Assembly: GCA_945787105.1 (NCBI GenBank)
Contig: CALZGZ010000225.1
Coordinates: 1-51,350 of the forward strand
Source of the DNA: an uncultured Gammaproteobacteria bacterium
Lineage (GTDB): Bacteria; Pseudomonadota; Gammaproteobacteria; Arenicellales; JAANXG01
DNA length: 51,350 nucleotides
Reading direction: 5' to 3'
Part shown: piece by piece, positions 8,730-17,397 of the stretch
Layout of the letters: the number at the start of each line of letters is the position of its first letter
Numbering within the stretch: the stretch's first letter is position 1
Notes under the pieces: model-generated
Databases searched by the model: none
What the model saw: the letters and a program-made list of their open reading frames with translations, nothing else
What the model was told of the DNA's origin: nothing
Position numbers and translations under genes: made by a program

Positions 8730-8748
8730 TACCCAAGGGAGACCTATC

Positions 8749-10650
8749 ATGCCAGAATATCTTGCCCCAGGTGTTTTCGTAGAAGAGACCAGCTTCAGGC
8801 AAAAAACGATCGAAGGTGCCAGCACGAGTACCACTGGCTTCGTCGGTCCATGCCGTTTCGGTCCGATCAGAGGTGAACCTGAATTGCTCACGGGTTTTGC
8901 CGATTTTGAGCGGATCTATGGCGGCATCGATCAGCTGGTTTTCGACGGTATCTCGGACCCAACTCACAATTATCTAGCACAAGCCGTTCGCGCATACTTC
9001 GAAGAAGGAGGACGACGCCTGTACGTTGCGCGAATTTACAATGCACCAACGTCCGGAGACGGAATTGCACGCTGGATCTCCGCCGGTTCGCCAGCAAGTT
9101 ATACGCTCGAAGCCCGCCATCCCGGAGAAGCCGGCGAATTTACCGTTAGCTTCGTTTTCAAGCTCGGCGATAACGTTTTGAAAAATGATTCTGACGATAC
9201 GGCATCTATTCCGAATCCGGCCAATAACGTGCTGCGCGGAGTGCGTGAATTCGATGTGGTGCTCGCTGGAAACCTTGCCTCCCCGGCCGGGGACGATGAA
9301 GCCCTGTACTGGATGCAAAACTATTTCGATAGCGATGCAAACGAGATCCGGCAGCGCCTGGTGGCGTCAGATAATAGCAATGTTGCGCTTTCTACAATTA
9401 GCCAGGCGAGAGTGCTGACTGTCTCGGTGATAGTTGGCCCACTGGGAAGATTCGGCTTTGAACAGAGTTGGGAGAACCTGTCGATTCATCCCGAGCACAG
9501 GAATTCGTTGAGTAATGTATTCAACAGCTCGCCTGCTGACCGTAGCGCTGAACTGTATATACCGCTGGTTTACAACACGGATCTGACAAATGGTGCTGCG
9601 CTGGCCGATGCGATGCTGGCAAATAATAGCATTGCCGGTGGCGTGACATCACCGGTAGCGACGGTTGCAGACGCGCTCACGCTGCTTGATCCCGAGCCGC
9701 TCGAAGCGGCCAGGTCATTTCGTGTAGCCCTCGATAATGGAAGCGATGGAGATCAGCCTGTAATCAGCGACTATACCGGGAGGGAAGGAACTGTGGATGG
9801 AATAAAGTCCGGGCTGCGCAGTTTCGAGGACGTAGAAGATATCTCCATCGTTGCCGCTCCTGGCTCGAGTTTCGATTATTCGGATCTCCGCGGCTCCGAT
9901 TATGCGGAAGCGATTGCCCGGCGTGTCATCAGTCATTGCGAGAAGATGCGTTACCGTATCGCAGTGCTCGATTCGATTAATGGCGACATTCTAAGCCAGG
10001 TCAGGGACTATCGCAGTATCTTCGACAGTACCCGGGCATCGCTCTACTATCCCTGGATCAAGACCTTCGATCCCCTGACCGAGCAGTTTATTCATGTCCC
10101 TCCCAGTGGTTCCATTTGCGGGGTTTACGCACGTAACGATGTAGAGCGTGGGGTTCACAAGGCGCCGGCAAACGAACCTTTGCGCATGGCCGCAGGGCTT
10201 GAATTTGTTTTGAACACCGCCGAGCAGGAAACACTCAATCCAAGAGGAATCAACTGCCTCAGGTTTTTCGAGGGCCGCGGAATACGTATCTGGGGTGCCA
10301 GAACTGCAACCAGTGATCCGGAATGGAAGTACGTTAACGTTCGTCGATATTTTGCATTCCTGGAACGTTCTATCGAAGTGAGTACGCAGTGGGCTGTGTT
10401 TGAAAATAATGGTCCTGTCCTGTGGGAGAACGTCATGCGCACCATCGAAGATTTTCTTTACAACGAGTGGCAACAAAATCACTTGCTTGGCGCCACGCCG
10501 GAGCAGGCATTTTTCGTGCGTTGTGACCGCAGCACCATGACACAAAACGACCTGGACAACGGTCGTCTGGTTTGTGTTATCGGCGTAGCACCATTGCGAC
10601 CGGCGGAATTTGTAATCTTCCGCATCGGCCAGAAGACGGCTGACAGTTAA
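8749..10650 (+). CDS. Contractile tail sheath protein 1 (Afp2/3/4-like)
   Basis: True start is MPEYLAPGVFVEE (AAGGGAG SD). Motifs YYPW, RGVHKAPAN, LNPRGINCLR, IWGART, YVNVRR, WAVFENN and APLRPAEFVIFRI. Confidence 0.97.
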   Translation: MPEYLAPGVFVEETSFRQKTIEGASTSTTGFVGPCRFGPIRGEPELLTGFADFERIYGGIDQLVFDGISDPTHNYLAQAVRAYFEEGGRRLYVARIYNAPTSGDGIARWISAGSPASYTLEARHPGEAGEFTVSFVFKLGDNVLKNDSDDTASIPNPANNVLRGVREFDVVLAGNLASPAGDDEALYWMQNYFDSDANEIRQRLVASDNSNVALSTISQARVLTVSVIVGPLGRFGFEQSWENLSIHPEHRNSLSNVFNSSPADRSAELYIPLVYNTDLTNGAALADAMLANNSIAGGVTSPVATVADALTLLDPEPLEAARSFRVALDNGSDGDQPVISDYTGREGTVDGIKSGLRSFEDVEDISIVAAPGSSFDYSDLRGSDYAEAIARRVISHCEKMRYRIAVLDSINGDILSQVRDYRSIFDSTRASLYYPWIKTFDPLTEQFIHVPPSGSICGVYARNDVERGVHKAPANEPLRMAAGLEFVLNTAEQETLNPRGINCLRFFEGRGIRIWGARTATSDPEWKYVNVRRYFAFLERSIEVSTQWAVFENNGPVLWENVMRTIEDFLYNEWQQNHLLGATPEQAFFVRCDRSTMTQNDLDNGRLVCVIGVAPLRPAEFVIFRIGQKTADS

Positions 10651-10707
10651 TCCCGAAAATGACTGTTCAATATATGAATCGATACGCATCAAACAGGAGC
10701 TAGCACT

Positions 10708-11169
10708 ATGGCGACACAGAGGGAAAGACCCTATTCGCAGTTCAACTTTGAAGTTAGTTGGCCTGGCGCAAACGACACAACGACGACCGCGGGCTTCCAG
10801 GAAGTCAGTGGATTGGGAATGGAAGTGACCGTAGCCGAGTACCGCACCGGTAACGACAAGGAAAATGAGCCCATCAAGATTTCAGGCATGTCGAAAACAC
10901 CGGACATCACCTTAAAGCGTGGGGTGCTTGGTAGCGCTGATCTTTACAGCTGGTTGGACTCGGTACGTAAGGGTAAACAGGACCAATTAAAAAACGTCAC
11001 TATCAAACTCATGAGCGAAGATCGAGAGCAGACTGCGCCCGCGCAGGAATGGAAGCTCAAAAATGCCCGCCCAATCAAGTACACGGGACCTTCGTTAAAT
11101 GCAAAAGGTACCGACCTGGCCATAGAGGAGCTTGTGTTGGCGGCTGAAAAAATGACGATGCTCACCTGA
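10708..11169 (+). CDS. Tail tube protein 1 (T4 gp19-like, Afp1-like)
   Basis: FNFEV, GFQEVSGL, EYRTG, ITLKRG, W-L-NA-P-KYTGP-LNA and AIEEL motifs; AGGAG SD. Confidence 0.95.
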   Translation: MATQRERPYSQFNFEVSWPGANDTTTTAGFQEVSGLGMEVTVAEYRTGNDKENEPIKISGMSKTPDITLKRGVLGSADLYSWLDSVRKGKQDQLKNVTIKLMSEDREQTAPAQEWKLKNARPIKYTGPSLNAKGTDLAIEELVLAAEKMTMLT

Positions 11170-11191
11170 CCGCGAGTATAGAGGCAGACCC

Positions 11192-14100
11192 ATGACCCTC
11201 GGAGCAAGCGCACAAGTCCCCGGTGTATATTTTTCGGCGGTAATTCCACGACCTGCCGATGATCTGCCGCGTATGGATGTAGCTGCCTTTGTTGGTTTTG
11301 CGGAAAGCGGACCTCTGAACCTTCCGGTCAGTGTGGGTTCGGTGGCTGAATTCAGGAATGTATTTGGCAATGATATTGATCTGGCCTGGGACAACGAATA
11401 TAATCGTTTTCAGCAATCCCTGTTGGGCGCCACGGTTGAAGCGTTTTTCAGTAATGGTGGAGAGCGTTGTGTTGTAGTTCGGGTTGCCGGTCGAGACAGT
11501 CAGAGCCCATTTGTTCTGACGAGCCGTGATTTCCCCCTCGATAGTCTGTATCAGGTTGACTCGGGCGTCGTCCAGGCCTGTCAACTCCCAGCTCGATCTC
11601 CTGGTAGCTGGAGTGACGATTTAAGAGTCGGTACCCAGCTGAATACCCGCGTCCTGCCGCTGGACCGAAGCGGTATCGCGAGCTCAGGGCTGCGTTACCT
11701 GTTTGAAAAAAAGGATAACAGTTACCGTGTGCGTGTACTCGCGCTGCCCGCATCCATTCGCCGCCACGATCTTGTGCGCCTGCATTTCGATGAGCTTCAG
11801 CTGGATGTTTATCTATTCGTATCCGAAACGGGCCAGGATGAACAGGGCTTATGGCTCGGTGCCAGCGAGACGTTCTGGTTTGAGGCAGACTCTTTGGGAG
11901 TCTTGTTATCAACGGTATCAGAGAATGAAGGCTACAGTCGCGTGGAAAGCCTGTTTGCTGGTACTACTGAATCAGGCATTACCCTGGCGCATCTCTCCAT
12001 CAATCTGCTGGTCTGGCAAAATGGCGCATTGGTTGGGCGTGTACAGGAACTGGCGTTGCACGGTGAACATTCGCGTTGCTGGCAACATCTGCCCGCGGAT
12101 GATTTGCTCTATGGCGACCTGCAGCATTTGTCCCCGGTGGACCGGGACGCCGATTTAGCCCAATTGTTTGGTGAGTCCAGTGAGCCACGTTTTCATCTTG
12201 GTGCGAGTTTCCCGAGTCTGGCGGCCATGCAAGTGCGTACCGGAACGCTGCGAACAGTGCCGCTGGGGATGTCGGCATTGGCAGATTTCTCTCAGGCCCG
12301 GCCACCCTCGCCACTTGTTGGCCCGGTTGCAATACCGGATTCGTTGCGCAATGGGCTGCAACAATTTAGCGCCGATCTGTTCATCGATCCGGATTTTCAG
12401 GATACACGTTCCGATCGTCTGGCTGCGGAAATAGAGTACAAGCATGTTCGCCGTAATGAACTGTTACGTAACGAAAGCCTGCTTGATGAAGACGGCTCAG
12501 CCCATCTCGATGCGCTCGCGCGGCTACTCGCCAAAGGAGTACACAGCCTTTATTTCGATCCGCATGTCAGCATGATCGCAGTTCCCGATGCATTACATCG
12601 CCCGTGGAGTAACGATGTGCCGGAATTCCCCCATGTTCTGGAAGCTCCGATTATTAACAGCCTGGAATACGATCCCGAGCGCAACATCATCGAAATTCTG
12701 TGGAACGCGGTTGCTGGAGCGGTGAGCTATGAACTTCATCACAGCATCGATCCCGGCAGTCCGCAAGCCGTGCCGCATAGCATTGCCGCTACGGATCGTC
12801 TGTTGCTGGAAGAGTCCGACTCCTTTGTCATGACGGAAGGGTTGATGTTTAGCGTCGAGGTAGCAGAAGGCTGTAGCAAACTTCACAGTTTTCGAATCTT
12901 CGCGAACGGTTATAGACAACGCAGCCCCTGGTCCGCGACCGTAATGCTGCACACTCCGGCGAAAGAATTTTATGACTTTGGTAGTGCGGATCCGACAGTG
13001 CTGAATTTTATTCTGGGCACGGGTAGCGTATCGGAAACAGAAATCGAACTTATCTGGTCGGCAAGGAACCCGGAAAGCGGTGCTGCTAATCTGGTCGATG
13101 CCTATGAACTGCAACGGGCTAGTGACCTGGGATTTTTTGGTGCTCAAAGCATTTTGATTGCGGCCTCGAGTAGTCTTACCCATGATGAACTTCTGGTGAG
13201 TGATGTTCCGGTCTACTACCGCATCCGTGGCATAGAGAATAGCGTACCCGGTCCCTGGTCGAATACAGTTACGGTACTTCCCCGCCAGCTCAGCAAACTG
13301 GTGCTCCAGTCTCCGGACGAGCCGGCGGTGACTGATCTGCTCGCGGTTCACTGTGCCTGCCTGCGACTCTGTGCAGTACGCAACGACGCAATCACGCTGA
13401 TGGCACTTCCCGAACAGTCGCGAACGGCGGATGCATTACGCTGTGCTCAGCTCTTGCAAAATGGTAACACCATCAGCGAAACCCTGGCGCGAAGGTTTGG
13501 CAGTGGCGAGCTGTCGGTTCCAGCCTTGAATGCAGGCGAAATGAACGCGTTGAGTTTTGGTGCCTTGTTTCACCCGTGGATTATCAACGGCAGTGTCCAT
13601 TCCGGAGTTCCCAGGGTCGCGGATGAACCGGTTCGCCGTTTGCCCGTGCTGGGTGCCATCGGCGGAACCCTGGCCGCACAGGCAAACGCGCGAGGTGCCT
13701 GGATTTCGGCAGCGAATATCGAATTTGTCGATGTGCTTGGTAGCGCACAGGATCTGAGTTCCGCGCAGTTGGCCATGTTGTTTCAGCAGCATGTAAATGC
13801 GATCCGACGTAACCCCGTGAAATTTGCGCCGGTTGCATTGGATACCCTGAGTCGATCCGGCGAGTTTCAAATACTGAGTGTGCGCCGCCTGTTTAATCTG
13901 TTGGTGAGGCTCATTCGACGCGAAGGAGTGCAGTATGTATTCGAAAACAGCGGCATCGATTTCAGAAACCGCGTTCAGCATTACTGGGACAATTTGTTGA
14001 GCGATCTGTTTCGCAGGGGCGCCCTGCAGGGCAGGTCACCCGAACAGGCCTATCGGGTTATTACAGACGAATCAGTCAATACGCCGCAACAAACGGAACG

Positions 14101-14209
14101 GGGGCGCCTGATTGTCGAGTTGCAGCTGGCGCCTTCGCGACCCTTGCGATTCATACGCGTGTCGTTGCGTCAGAACAAGTCTGAGCAGTTAGTGCTGGAG
14201 GAATTGTAA
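11192..14209 (+). CDS. Contractile sheath protein 2, enlarged (1005 aa) with Fn3-like inserts
   Basis: Sheath termini PGVYF...DVAAFVGFAESGP and LFHPW, LSVRRL, YVFEN, GRLIVELQLAPSRP; the middle is expanded. Confidence 0.9.
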   Translation: MTLGASAQVPGVYFSAVIPRPADDLPRMDVAAFVGFAESGPLNLPVSVGSVAEFRNVFGNDIDLAWDNEYNRFQQSLLGATVEAFFSNGGERCVVVRVAGRDSQSPFVLTSRDFPLDSLYQVDSGVVQACQLPARSPGSWSDDLRVGTQLNTRVLPLDRSGIASSGLRYLFEKKDNSYRVRVLALPASIRRHDLVRLHFDELQLDVYLFVSETGQDEQGLWLGASETFWFEADSLGVLLSTVSENEGYSRVESLFAGTTESGITLAHLSINLLVWQNGALVGRVQELALHGEHSRCWQHLPADDLLYGDLQHLSPVDRDADLAQLFGESSEPRFHLGASFPSLAAMQVRTGTLRTVPLGMSALADFSQARPPSPLVGPVAIPDSLRNGLQQFSADLFIDPDFQDTRSDRLAAEIEYKHVRRNELLRNESLLDEDGSAHLDALARLLAKGVHSLYFDPHVSMIAVPDALHRPWSNDVPEFPHVLEAPIINSLEYDPERNIIEILWNAVAGAVSYELHHSIDPGSPQAVPHSIAATDRLLLEESDSFVMTEGLMFSVEVAEGCSKLHSFRIFANGYRQRSPWSATVMLHTPAKEFYDFGSADPTVLNFILGTGSVSETEIELIWSARNPESGAANLVDAYELQRASDLGFFGAQSILIAASSSLTHDELLVSDVPVYYRIRGIENSVPGPWSNTVTVLPRQLSKLVLQSPDEPAVTDLLAVHCACLRLCAVRNDAITLMALPEQSRTADALRCAQLLQNGNTISETLARRFGSGELSVPALNAGEMNALSFGALFHPWIINGSVHSGVPRVADEPVRRLPVLGAIGGTLAAQANARGAWISAANIEFVDVLGSAQDLSSAQLAMLFQQHVNAIRRNPVKFAPVALDTLSRSGEFQILSVRRLFNLLVRLIRREGVQYVFENSGIDFRNRVQHYWDNLLSDLFRRGALQGRSPEQAYRVITDESVNTPQQTERGRLIVELQLAPSRPLRFIRVSLRQNKSEQLVLEEL

Positions 14210-14685
14210 TGGAATGCCCGACGAGACCCGCGCCGTTGTTTATGACCTTTAATTTCAAGGTCAATCTTTACTTGCCTGGCGCGGAAAAAAAGTCGGAACT
14301 ATGCTGCGCGGCGTTTTCAGAGTGTTCCGGGCTGGAGATGTCACTGGAGCCGAAAACCATTCGCGAAGGCGGAAACAACGCCCAGCCTATTCATTTGCTC
14401 GGCAAGGTCGGCTATGGGCAGTTGAGCCTCAAGCGAGGCATGTCGTCCGACTTCGGTTTGTGGAACTGGTTCGATAAGGTGCAGCAGGATCGCAGGCTGC
14501 GTGCAAGTGGTGACGTCATCATGCTGGCCGTGGATGGATCCGAGAATGTGAAATTCAAACTCACCGGGTGCCTGCCAGTCAAAATCAGTGCGCCCGGACT
14601 TAACGCGATCAGTGGTGGTAATGCCATCGAGGAAATGCAAATTGTTTATGAATCGCTTAGTTATGAATTACCGAAGCAGGCCTAG
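14209..14685 (+). CDS. Tail tube protein 2 (Afp5-like)
   Basis: FNFKV, AFSECSGLE, IREGG, LSLKRG, LPVKISAPGLNA and AIEEM motifs; start overlaps the sheath-2 stop. Confidence 0.93.
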   Translation: MECPTRPAPLFMTFNFKVNLYLPGAEKKSELCCAAFSECSGLEMSLEPKTIREGGNNAQPIHLLGKVGYGQLSLKRGMSSDFGLWNWFDKVQQDRRLRASGDVIMLAVDGSENVKFKLTGCLPVKISAPGLNAISGGNAIEEMQIVYESLSYELPKQA

Positions 14686-14694
14686 GGTATAGCC

Positions 14695-15351
14695 ATGCCT
14701 AAACCGGTTAGTATTGAAAAGGCCTATTTTCAGGCAATTGAATGGAACGCTGCTGGTGTCGCCGAGCCCAAGCCCAAGGGTAACAAGTTATACGTGCAAT
14801 TCAATCCGGAGACCCTGAAAGTAAATTTCGCCAACCAGGTATCCGGCCAGGACAATAACGGCGGCTCCGCTACGCAGTACGCAAGCCGGGGCACGACCAA
14901 ACTGACTCTGGAACTGTGGTTTGATGTGAGCAATCAGCCGGGGCTCGCGAAAAAACACAGCGATGTGCGCATGTACACCAAAGACATACTGGTATTTATG
15001 AACTCGACGCCAAGCAGTGATGAAAACACCACGGAGCGGCCGCCGGCGGGCTGTCGATTTCAATGGGGAACTTTCCTGTTTGACGGCACCATGGATTCCA
15101 TCAACGAAAATCTCGAATATTTCTCCGAGGATGGCGTTCCGCTGCGCGCAAGTCTGTCGGTGAGTATTACCAAGCAGGAATTGAAAATCACCATCTCGGG
15201 CAACAATGCAGACGCCAGTGGCGTCGGGGATACAGGTACCCGTTCGATGCAACTGTCGCAGCAAAACGTCCCGGTGGGGCAACAGGTTGCTCGCAATAAC
15301 GATGTCGATAATCTGCGTAATCCGGGTGAAGGCAGGTATTTACGTCTCTGA
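14695..15351 (+). CDS. CIS tube initiator (Afp7-like) with a degenerate LysM remnant
   Basis: VQFNPETL, LTLELWFD, PP-CRFQWG and FSEDGVPLRA motifs. Confidence 0.88.
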   Translation: MPKPVSIEKAYFQAIEWNAAGVAEPKPKGNKLYVQFNPETLKVNFANQVSGQDNNGGSATQYASRGTTKLTLELWFDVSNQPGLAKKHSDVRMYTKDILVFMNSTPSSDENTTERPPAGCRFQWGTFLFDGTMDSINENLEYFSEDGVPLRASLSVSITKQELKITISGNNADASGVGDTGTRSMQLSQQNVPVGQQVARNNDVDNLRNPGEGRYLRL

Positions 15352-15421
15352 GGATAGAACGAAAAGTAATGTAGCTATTTTGCCAACAGGACAAGTTAAC
15401 TGAAAAAAGGAGGGTGACTCA

Positions 15422-15592
15422 ATGCCCGTAATCATAAACGAATTCGAGGTGGTTTCTGAAAGGCCGAAAGGGGCGCCGGATTCGGCGGCTCAAACCCAGA
15501 TGATTCCGCCGCAGCCCAACAAGCTGCCTCAGGAGCTCGATGCGGTAATGCATGAACAATATGTGCGCATGCTTCGCACCAGGTCTGACTAA
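15422..15592 (+). CDS. Small eCIS protein (56 aa), Afp6/plug-like; not in the ORF track
   Basis: Strong SD AAGGAGG. Translates MPVIINEFEVVSERPKG...HEQYVRMLRTRSD and stops 2 bp before the hub gene. The N-terminus resembles the MPVxIxE start of Afp6-like proteins. Confidence 0.75.
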   Translation: MPVIINEFEVVSERPKGAPDSAAQTQMIPPQPNKLPQELDAVMHEQYVRMLRTRSD

Positions 15593-15594
15593 CT

Positions 15595-16680
15595 ATGCCA
15601 GAACTGGCCAGCACATCGGCATTTTACGCCTCGCGTCCAACGATCACGCTGGATGGCGATGACGCCCCGGCGCTGGCGCTGGGTATATTGTCGCTTGCGG
15701 TGAACGAAACGGTCGAAGGACTCTATTGCGCGGAAATCACTTTTGGCAACTGGGGTTCGATTGGCTCGCGTGCGGACTTTCTTTATTTTGACCGCGATCT
15801 GTTGGATTTCGGCAAGGAGCTTGCCATCACCATGGGCGAAGGTGAAACGGTGCAGCAAGTCTTTCGGGGAAAAATTACCGCGATCGAAGGACGCTTTCCC
15901 GACCAGAAACCACCGGAAATCCTGGTGCTTGCAGAAGACAGCTTTCAGGATCTTCGCATGGTGCGCCGCAGTCGGGATTTTGTGTCGCTGACGATCGGCG
16001 ACGTAATCGAGAGCGTTGCCGGTTATTACAACCTGACAACCGACGTCGATATCGACTCGACCCAGTTTGCCTTATTGACACAGGTTAACCAGAGCGACCT
16101 GGCATTTCTGCGTGAATGCGCACGCCTCGTGGACGCGGAGCTGTGGGTAGAGGACAACAAAATCATGGCCCGTTCCCGCAGTGCGCGTCGGCACAGTGAA
16201 ATTACTTTTACCTACGGGCAGCGATTATTTGAATTCTCCGTGATGGCCGACTTGGCACGTCAACGCACCGCGCTCGAAGTCTGTGGATGGGATGTGGCGG
16301 CAAAAGCCGCGATTGCCGAAAAAGCGGACAGCAATGCCATTCAGGGCGAGTTGGACAACGGCGAAAGCGGTGCCGGGATTTTACAACAGACATTCGGTGA
16401 GCGCGTCGAGCGCGTCGTTCATCAGGTACCGTTCAGTAACTCAGAAGCCATGACAATGGCGCAAAGTGGATTCCGCCAGATCGCGCGCCAGTTTCTCACC
16501 GGCCAGGCAATTCTCGAGGGAGACGGTCGCGTAAGGGTAGGATCTCAGCTGCGTTTTGAAGGCATAGGGTCCCTATTTACAGGGGAATATTACGTTAATC
16601 GTGTGCGTAACAGCTTTGATGCGATGGATGGATTCCGCACCTGTGTGCATGTCGAAAAACCTGGATTGGGGAGAGCATAA
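15595..16680 (+). CDS. Baseplate hub, phage late control D/gp27-like (Afp8 N-half)
   Basis: VFRGKITAIEGRFP, LAED, Q-NQSDLAFL, V-GWD and FTGEYYV motifs. Confidence 0.9.
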   Translation: MPELASTSAFYASRPTITLDGDDAPALALGILSLAVNETVEGLYCAEITFGNWGSIGSRADFLYFDRDLLDFGKELAITMGEGETVQQVFRGKITAIEGRFPDQKPPEILVLAEDSFQDLRMVRRSRDFVSLTIGDVIESVAGYYNLTTDVDIDSTQFALLTQVNQSDLAFLRECARLVDAELWVEDNKIMARSRSARRHSEITFTYGQRLFEFSVMADLARQRTALEVCGWDVAAKAAIAEKADSNAIQGELDNGESGAGILQQTFGERVERVVHQVPFSNSEAMTMAQSGFRQIARQFLTGQAILEGDGRVRVGSQLRFEGIGSLFTGEYYVNRVRNSFDAMDGFRTCVHVEKPGLGRA

Positions 16681-17397
16681 ATGTATGACGTTGCGAGCCA
16701 GTTAGACCAGCTCAATCCGCGGGCCGCGAAAGGCCTCGGTGGCCGTTTCTACGGGGTTTATTGCGCAACGGTTACCGACATTAAAGATCCGGACGGGCAG
16801 GGCCGGGTGCAAATTCAACTGCCTTGGTCGCCAGATAACGAAGGCAGCCTGTACAAGGTATGGGCGCGGCTCGCAACATTCATGGCGGGAAACAATCGAG
16901 GCAGCTGGTTTATCCCGGAAGTCGATGACGAAGTGCTGGTCAGTTTCGAAGCAGGTGATACCCGGCGACCATACGTCATCGGCAGCCTGTGGAATGGCAG
17001 CGACGCCGCGCCGGAATCGATGGATGGAGGCGGACAAAATAATATTCGCAGCATCCGTTCGCGCAATGGCGTGGTGATCAGTATCGACGACAGCAGTGGA
17101 CAGGAAAGCCTGACGCTAAAAACACCGGGCGGCCAGGAAGTGATTCTGAAAGATGGGCCGGGATCGATCGATATTCACGACAGCAACGGCAACTCGGTCA
17201 AGCTCGAAGCGAGCGGCGTCACCGTCAACGCTTCCGCCAATGTGACCGTGAATGGAAGCATGGTGAAAATCTCGGCGGGAATGGTAACCGTCGATGCGGG
17301 AATGTCCCGCTTCAGCGGGGTCGTGCAGGCGGATACGGTGATTACCAACAGCGTTATCAGCGCCTCCTACACGCCGGGAGCGGGAAACATATGGTAA
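16681..17397 (+). CDS. Spike / baseplate assembly protein V (gp5 OB fold + beta-helix; Afp8 C-half)
   Basis: YGVY-A-VTD-KDP-GQGRV, WAR and FIPEVDDEVLVSFEAGD-RRPYVIGSLW motifs; C-terminal VTV repeats ending YTPGAGNIW. Confidence 0.92.
   Translation: MYDVASQLDQLNPRAAKGLGGRFYGVYCATVTDIKDPDGQGRVQIQLPWSPDNEGSLYKVWARLATFMAGNNRGSWFIPEVDDEVLVSFEAGDTRRPYVIGSLWNGSDAAPESMDGGGQNNIRSIRSRNGVVISIDDSSGQESLTLKTPGGQEVILKDGPGSIDIHDSNGNSVKLEASGVTVNASANVTVNGSMVKISAGMVTVDAGMSRFSGVVQADTVITNSVISASYTPGAGNIW

Noticed and set aside
8677-8748. ORF-track upstream start of the sheath (likewise 7776 for the preceding gene and 5275 for the mini-lipoprotein)
   Set aside because: The 8677 and 7776 extensions overlap upstream genes; better starts exist at 8749, 7860 and 5410, which fit the SD positions or conserved N-termini.
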